Below are positions 60,613 to 64,000 of a DNA stretch of 64,000 nt, piece after piece; positions within the stretch are counted from its first letter, which is position 1; every line of letters begins with the position of its first letter. Location: the NCBI GenBank assembly GCA_963846575.1, contig CAWJWJ010000002.1, positions 2,080,001-2,144,000 of the forward strand, given 5' to 3'. A program made the position numbers and the translations under genes. The notes under the pieces were generated by a model. That model was given only the letters and a program-made list of their open reading frames with translations, was not told the DNA's origin and did no database searches. Source of the DNA: an uncultured Nitrospiraceae bacterium. Lineage in GTDB: Bacteria > Nitrospirota > Nitrospiria > Nitrospirales > Nitrospiraceae.

Positions 60613-61925
60613 TACTCGCGGATCTGACCGCTTCCGAGCACCACGAATTTGGAACAGGTCAGTTCCTCAAGCCCCATCGGGCCTCGAGCGTGGAGGCGGG
60701 AGGTACTGATGCCGATTTCTGCTCCCAGCCCGAACTGATATCCATCATTGAGGCGGGTCGACGCGTTGACGAGCACGGCGCCCGCATCAACCTCGCGCAA
60801 GAACCGCATGGCGTGACCGTAATCCTTTGTTACGATCGCTTCCGTATGCCGAGATCCGTATCTCGCAATATGGTCCAGGGCTTCCTCCATATGCTTCACC
60901 ACTTTAATCGCCAGGATGAGGTCTAAAAACTCGTTGCCGAAATCGTCATCGGCAGCCGGCTTCACGTCGGGACACAACTGACAGGTCTTCGCACAGCCTC
61001 GAACCTCTACCTGGGCGGCCGTCAGTTGTTTGACCAGTGAAGGAAGCCAGGTGCGCGCGAGGCTTTGATGGACCAAGAGGGTTTCCATGGCATTGCAGGT
61101 CGAGGGACGTTGCACCTTTGCGTTCAGACAGATCCGTTCCGCCACCTTGGGGTCGGCATCCGCATCGACATAGATGTGGCAGACCCCTTTGTCATGCTTG
61201 AGCACGGGAATCGTTGCATGCTCGGCGATGGTCTTCATCAGGGAATCGCCGCCTCTGGGTATGATCAAATCGATGAACTGATCCTGCTTGAGCAGCAGCT
61301 GGACAATCTCCCGTTCAGGGCGATCGACAAAACTGATCGCTCCCGGCGGCACGCCGGCCTTCTCGGCTGACTCGCAGAGGACTTTTGCAATGGCCGTATT
61401 CGAATGGATCGCTTCCGACCCCCCGCGCAAAATACAGACGTTCCCTGATTTAAGGCAGAGAGCGGCTGAATCGGCCGTCACGTTAGGCCGGGCCTCGTAA
61501 ATGATACCGATGACGCCGATGGGAACCCGCATCCGGCCGACTTGCATGCCGTTCGGTCTGGTCCACATCTTAGGCATGTCACCGAGAGGGTCCGGCAACC
61601 GGGCGATGTCGCGTATCCCCGCAGCCATCTCTTCAATGCGCTCTGTTGTAAGGCGCAAACGGTCGGCCATTGCCTTGCGGTCGGGCGACGCGTCGAAGAG
61701 TTCGAGATCTTTTTCGTTTTCGGCCAGGAGTTCGGTCACATGTTCCTCGAGACCGTCGGCCATCGCCAATAACGCCTCATTTTTGGCTGCCGTTGGAAGA
61801 GTCGAAAGTCGGCATGAGGCTCCTTTGGCCGATTTGACCAAAGCCGCGATGTAGTCTTCCGGAGACAGTATTTCAGCGGGAGTTTCTTGCTCGGTGGCTG
61901 AGGATTCGGTGAGATCTTGTTCCAT
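60612..61925 (-). CDS. proA: Gamma-glutamyl phosphate reductase
   Basis: VPIGVIGIIYEARPNVT, LRGGSEA, CNAMET, GAEIGISTSRLHARGPMGL. Confidence 0.97.
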   Translation of the reverse strand: MEQDLTESSATEQETPAEILSPEDYIAALVKSAKGASCRLSTLPTAAKNEALLAMADGLEEHVTELLAENEKDLELFDASPDRKAMADRLRLTTERIEEMAAGIRDIARLPDPLGDMPKMWTRPNGMQVGRMRVPIGVIGIIYEARPNVTADSAALCLKSGNVCILRGGSEAIHSNTAIAKVLCESAEKAGVPPGAISFVDRPEREIVQLLLKQDQFIDLIIPRGGDSLMKTIAEHATIPVLKHDKGVCHIYVDADADPKVAERICLNAKVQRPSTCNAMETLLVHQSLARTWLPSLVKQLTAAQVEVRGCAKTCQLCPDVKPAADDDFGNEFLDLILAIKVVKHMEEALDHIARYGSRHTEAIVTKDYGHAMRFLREVDAGAVLVNASTRLNDGYQFGLGAEIGISTSRLHARGPMGLEELTCSKFVVLGSGQIRE

Positions 61926-62049
61926 GTGCTGGTTTCCTGCTGCCTGGCGACATTTCGGTACTGGGGTCCCGGTATATCAGCCGATTCAAGGGTGAACGTG
62001 GGTCTGACAGATCATAGCGCGACAGGATACTGTGGGATTCGGAGTGGGG

Positions 62050-62691
62050 TCAAGGGTTCCGGGCCGGACCCGGTGCTGCGGGGGCGCCAGGGGCCGGAGC
62101 GCCGGGGAGCGCACCAGGACTTCCCATTTGCGGAAGCACGCCACCCGGCGGCATGCTACCGGGAGGCATGCCGCCGGGAAGCACACCCATCATCGGCGGC
62201 ATCAGCATAGTCATAGAGGATGGGTTGGGATGTTGAAACATCCAGTCGTGATACGATTTGCGGCCCTCGAAATGACGGATCGCCAGGGGAAAATCCCGCT
62301 CTTTGATCGGCTTCATTTTGCTCTTGCTTCGCACGCCCATGATACCACCGGTCGGTGCGCGCAAATATTCCCAGTCTCCTCCTCCCACGGGATCTTGGTA
62401 GACCTTCCGGAGGTAAGGCTTCGGTCCCCGGGTCAGTTCCGACAATGACTGCGGATAGACCTCGGCGCTCATGATTCGCCCGATTTTCATGGTAGCCGAA
62501 TAAAGCGTTAACGCATTCTGGATCTCGATCCCTTTTGCCATGAGGTCGGCCTCTTTATCGCGCTGAACGATGAGCGACCACTGCCGTGCCGTAGCGGAGG
62601 CGGAGATCCCGATCAGTACGATGGAGAACATCAGCGCCAGATAGGTAACGCCGCGGTTATTGCCGATATGCGCAGCCGCGCTCCTTCGCAT
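62050..62691 (-). CDS. Pseudopilin-like type II secretion protein
   Basis: RGVTYLALM prepilin-like N-terminus, YPQSLSEL, YLRKVYQDP; Pro/Gly tail. Confidence 0.75.
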   Translation of the reverse strand: MRRSAAAHIGNNRGVTYLALMFSIVLIGISASATARQWSLIVQRDKEADLMAKGIEIQNALTLYSATMKIGRIMSAEVYPQSLSELTRGPKPYLRKVYQDPVGGGDWEYLRAPTGGIMGVRSKSKMKPIKERDFPLAIRHFEGRKSYHDWMFQHPNPSSMTMLMPPMMGVLPGGMPPGSMPPGGVLPQMGSPGALPGAPAPGAPAAPGPARNP

Positions 62692-62692
62692 C

Positions 62693-63358
62693 CTAGTTAG
62701 GCTGCCCCCCCGTTGCCGACTCCTCGGTGACCGGGATTATCTGCGTAATCTTTGAGCCTATGTCCTGCAACGTGATTTCGGTCGGCGTCATCGCCTTCAC
62801 CAACACTTCGCCGGCAATCGTCTCCCCCACTTGCAGCAGATGCATTTGATCGTCCTTTACCACGACGGCCATCGTCTTCTTCTTCTGAGGTCCGTCTCCC
62901 ACCGCCATGAATCCCACGTATCTGTACAGGTTGAGTTCTGTGGCAATTCTCAACCGCTCAATGTCCTCAGCACTCGGCCCCTTCTCCTCTTCAATTTCCG
63001 GTTCGGGGGTTTGGGGAGGCGGGACGGGTTTGGCCGGCCCGCGGGAACGGCGCCGGGGCGTCGGCTCCGGAACAGGAGGGGGCGCAGGAGGCGGGAGCAG
63101 ACTGGCAAAAATATTGCGCGGCGCCGAAAAGGTCGCCTGGCGCTGTCCTTTAATGGCGGCAAGCCGTTCCAGATGAACCTGTAAACTACCGCTGACCGGA
63201 GTCACCGTAGTACGAGTGGCTACTTTAGGCCCGCTGACATGCGTCAACGGCACTCGCTGAGGCTCAGTGGAATAGCCGAACTGCCAGATAAGCAGCCCGA
63301 TCCATAGCGCCACCAGGCTCGATAACAGCAGAATCTGGTTTTTGCTGATTCGATTCAT
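62693..63358 (-). CDS. Membrane-anchored secretion/pilus protein (PilP/GspC-like)
   Basis: N-terminal TM, RNIF, Pro-rich linker, beta domain (YVGF..VGETI). Confidence 0.6.
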   Translation of the reverse strand: MNRISKNQILLLSSLVALWIGLLIWQFGYSTEPQRVPLTHVSGPKVATRTTVTPVSGSLQVHLERLAAIKGQRQATFSAPRNIFASLLPPPAPPPVPEPTPRRRSRGPAKPVPPPQTPEPEIEEEKGPSAEDIERLRIATELNLYRYVGFMAVGDGPQKKKTMAVVVKDDQMHLLQVGETIAGEVLVKAMTPTEITLQDIGSKITQIIPVTEESATGGQPN

Positions 63359-63363
63359 AGGAA

Positions 63364-63936
63364 TTAGGGGGTCGGGGATTGAAGATGCTCGCCTCGCAAA
63401 TAGGTCGAGATCCGAATGTTAAACGTCAGCTGCTGGTCCTGAACATTGCCCGAACGCACCAGATTCAAGTCCTCAATAAACAGCAGCTCTTCTGCGGACT
63501 CCAGGTTGTGGAGAAACCGCCGAAGGTCTTCGTAATGACCTGTGACCGTCCCCTGCAAAACCGCCTTGGTGGCATTCGGCACCCCGGTTTTCTCCGTCTT
63601 GTAGGACAGCGCCGGTAACGTGACCTGATCGCGCTTGGCCTCTTCGGTCACACCCAGGGCGAGCGGAGCAAAGTCTCTGAATAACGGCAGGACCGCCCAT
63701 ACGCGCTGAAGATCTGCCTTGGCCTTCTTCGCTTCCTTATGTCGGCTGAGTTGCTGCCGCGCCTTCACCCCTTCCGCCTCCAGTCGGACCTGTTCCTGCT
63801 CAGCCGCGCCCAACACCAACGAGTGAATTCCATACGCCAGCACACACAATGTGGCCAGAAACGCGACCCAGGGCAGGATCGGCGCATAGGGTTGCCTCAA
63901 GGCCTGTTGGAATCGGTCAAGACCCGGCAGCATCAT
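63364..63936 (-). CDS. PilO/GspM-like protein
   Basis: TM + coiled coil + VTGHYEDLRRFLHNLE..LFIEDL. Confidence 0.75.
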   Translation of the reverse strand: MMLPGLDRFQQALRQPYAPILPWVAFLATLCVLAYGIHSLVLGAAEQEQVRLEAEGVKARQQLSRHKEAKKAKADLQRVWAVLPLFRDFAPLALGVTEEAKRDQVTLPALSYKTEKTGVPNATKAVLQGTVTGHYEDLRRFLHNLESAEELLFIEDLNLVRSGNVQDQQLTFNIRISTYLRGEHLQSPTP

Positions 63937-64000
63937 GGATTACGATTCCGATACTTGATCGACAAATCAAATTCAACCAAACCATTTCCCATATCACGAT
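63933..64000 (-). CDS. C-terminal end of the upstream gene (PilN-like by position), truncated by window edge
   Basis: ..GLVEFDLSIKYRNRNP* overlapping the next ATG. Confidence 0.5.
   Translation of the reverse strand, partial: RDMGNGLVEFDLSIKYRNRNP

Overview
Bacterial chromosomal window; gene content suggests Nitrospira (inference, no search run). It starts with the 3' end of serS and a tRNA-Ser(TGA)/tRNA-Ser(GCT)/tRNA-Phe(GAA) cluster that acts as an integration hotspot. (1) A small decayed island follows tRNA-Ser(TGA): a frameshifted tyrosine integrase joined head-to-head to a DUF1207-like fragment. (2) A 25.3 kb element sits in tRNA-Phe, bounded by a perfect 53-bp direct repeat (3791-3843 and 29076-29128). 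Its left ~7.4 kb is a filamentous-phage (inovirus)-like core: integrase, Xis-like HTH, RadC/JAB, pVIII-like coat, Zot/pI ATPase, pVI- and pIII-like proteins, tiny TM peptides, pV-like protein, Rep_trans initiator with a nick-site-like hairpin. Its remaining ~18 kb is cargo: MBL-rhodanese, four YeeE/YedE-type genes, DUF2892, 5'-nucleotidase-family, DsrE, two DUF1264, a porin, a hybrid kinase and an orphan HigA. (3) A second integrase remnant and accessory hypothetical genes follow. (4) A group 2a [NiFe]-hydrogenase locus (35.5-53.4 kb) has a sigma-54 regulator, hupSL, two HiPIP-like proteins, a protease fusion, TPR/NifU/NHL/GmhA accessories, hypFCDEAB, and a 59-aa His-rich peptide missing from the ORF track. 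(5) Core genes close the window: glycoside hydrolase, REC-HDOD, gspG, proA and type II secretion/type IV pilus-like genes.
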